A stretch of 64,000 nucleotides of DNA, taken from IMG/VR virus record IMGVR_UViG_3300022698_000267, positions 62,001 to 126,000 of that record; one strand, written 5' to 3'. How positions within the stretch are numbered: position 1 is the first letter of the stretch; every line of letters starts with the position of its first letter. The notes under the pieces are model-generated. The model was not told where the DNA came from. It searched no databases and saw only the letters and a program-made list of their open reading frames with translations. The translations under genes were made by a program, and so were the position numbers. Positions 62,935-64,000 of the stretch are shown piece by piece.

Positions 62935-63236
62935 TGGAAATGGCTTTCGAATGGCAGCGGGAAGAGATTTTGAATAAGGCTAACAATTTTGAGAAGTTTG
63001 CAGTAAAGGGAAAGACAGTCACTCTTATCTGTTCGGATTGTACAATTGTCCTTCAAGTTGGAGTTGTACAAAGGGTGGAATTGGTTTTTGTTTACTACTT
63101 CCCAAAGGCTGCAGATGAGAAACCTTTGGAATTTTGGATCAATAAATCGTCTATGTCACAGTTGGGTGATAAGCTTCGAAGTTCTGCTTTTAAACGGGTC
63201 CCATGGACTGAAGTTCCAGTACTGAAGTTCCAGTAA
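62934..63236 (+). CDS. Early hypothetical protein, paralog of 57676..57957
   Basis: Start moved to ATG 62934 (SD GGAGGT). Confidence 0.7.
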   Translation: MEMAFEWQREEILNKANNFEKFAVKGKTVTLICSDCTIVLQVGVVQRVELVFVYYFPKAADEKPLEFWINKSSMSQLGDKLRSSAFKRVPWTEVPVLKFQ

Positions 63237-63300
63237 AAACTATTCCTTTACTTAGATTAAAACCTTTTTAAAATCATTTGAATCTACGTAGAGGACATTG

Positions 63301-64000
63301 ATGGGAAAGAGTAGGTTAAAACCCAAGGTTAAGAAAGAAATTGCAGTTGTTCCACATTCTCGTGTGGATCCTAAGAAGGGAGTTGAAGAAGTTGAAGGAC
63401 ATCAACGTAGTATGGATGTTAATGCTGCTGTTTCTGATGTACATAAATCGAAGGAAAATGCAGCAAATCCTGATAGACAAAGACGAGAGTTTGTGGATGA
63501 TATGAATCAGAAGTTTTCTGAGATGAATAGTAGGGAAGAAACACATGATGACTTTAGAAAAAAGACTGGACAAAGAGAACAAGCAAAGCGTCTTACCAGT
63601 GAAGAAATAGGAACTATTGATAAGTACACAGAGGAAGTTGGATTCAATGAAAAGTTGCGAAAGTCTATCAAGGATGGACATACCAATGATCCAGACGTAA
63701 AGCTTCTGGATTCTGTGGTTTCTAAAGCAGAACCACTAGCAAATGATACGTTAGTAGTTAGAGGATCCAGAAGAGATTTTCATAAAACCATTGGTAGAGA
63801 GTTGAAAGTTGGTGAAGTCATCACAGACCATGGATTTATGTCTACCACTACACAACCGGATGTAGCTTCTAATTTCATGTGGAAGCAGAATAAAGATACC
63901 GGAAAGATCAAGATGGGAACCTTCTATCAAATAAGTTTGCCGAAAGGAACGAAAGCATTTCCTATAAATGCTAAGGAGCATGAATATCTTCTTTCCAGAA
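63301..64000 (+). CDS. ADP-ribosyltransferase, R-S-E (VIP2/C3/Alt-like) class; truncated by window end, not in ORF track
   Basis: Manual translation: KYT...N.KLR, LVVRG, GFMSTT, I.LPKG.KA, KEHEYLLSR. Confidence 0.88.
   Translation, partial: MGKSRLKPKVKKEIAVVPHSRVDPKKGVEEVEGHQRSMDVNAAVSDVHKSKENAANPDRQRREFVDDMNQKFSEMNSREETHDDFRKKTGQREQAKRLTSEEIGTIDKYTEEVGFNEKLRKSIKDGHTNDPDVKLLDSVVSKAEPLANDTLVVRGSRRDFHKTIGRELKVGEVITDHGFMSTTTQPDVASNFMWKQNKDTGKIKMGTFYQISLPKGTKAFPINAKEHEYLLSR

Noticed and set aside
1-64000. Stop-codon reassignment
   Set aside because: Recognisable genes are full length under code 11 and TAG/TGA occur at proper gene ends followed by new RBSs

Overview
AT-rich, very gene-dense segment of a large (probably jumbo) lytic phage genome, standard genetic code; no capsid, terminase or polymerase genes in view. 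1-33.5 kb: mostly + strand accessory genes (Ro60/TROVE-like vWA plus ARPP-like partner, two metallophosphoesterases, SPFH lipoprotein, HAD, Pth2, MBL hydrolase, SpoU/TrmH, vWA, pol-beta nucleotidyltransferase, GH24 endolysin plus lipoprotein), many small hypothetical ORFs and at least one GC-rich tRNA-like ncRNA (28109-28246). 33.5-43.8 kb: mainly - strand, with a P-loop kinase, two tandem Thg1-like genes (one intact, one lacking the catalytic aspartates), a winged-helix-like paralog family, and two repeat-rich non-coding blocks around a sharp C/G skew flip (origin or genome-end candidate). 43.9-63.3 kb: dUTPase, sigma70-family factor, HU, ADP-ribosylglycohydrolase, then an early/host-takeover region built from 17 near-consensus sigma70 promoter cassettes with a shared leader and GC hairpins, plus an 18th copy pointing antisense into hup. 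An R-S-E class ADP-ribosyltransferase missing from the ORF track starts at 63301 and runs off the window. A TACTAA(A/T) motif precedes many non-early operons (candidate late promoter). All calls come from motif recognition by eye; no searches were run.
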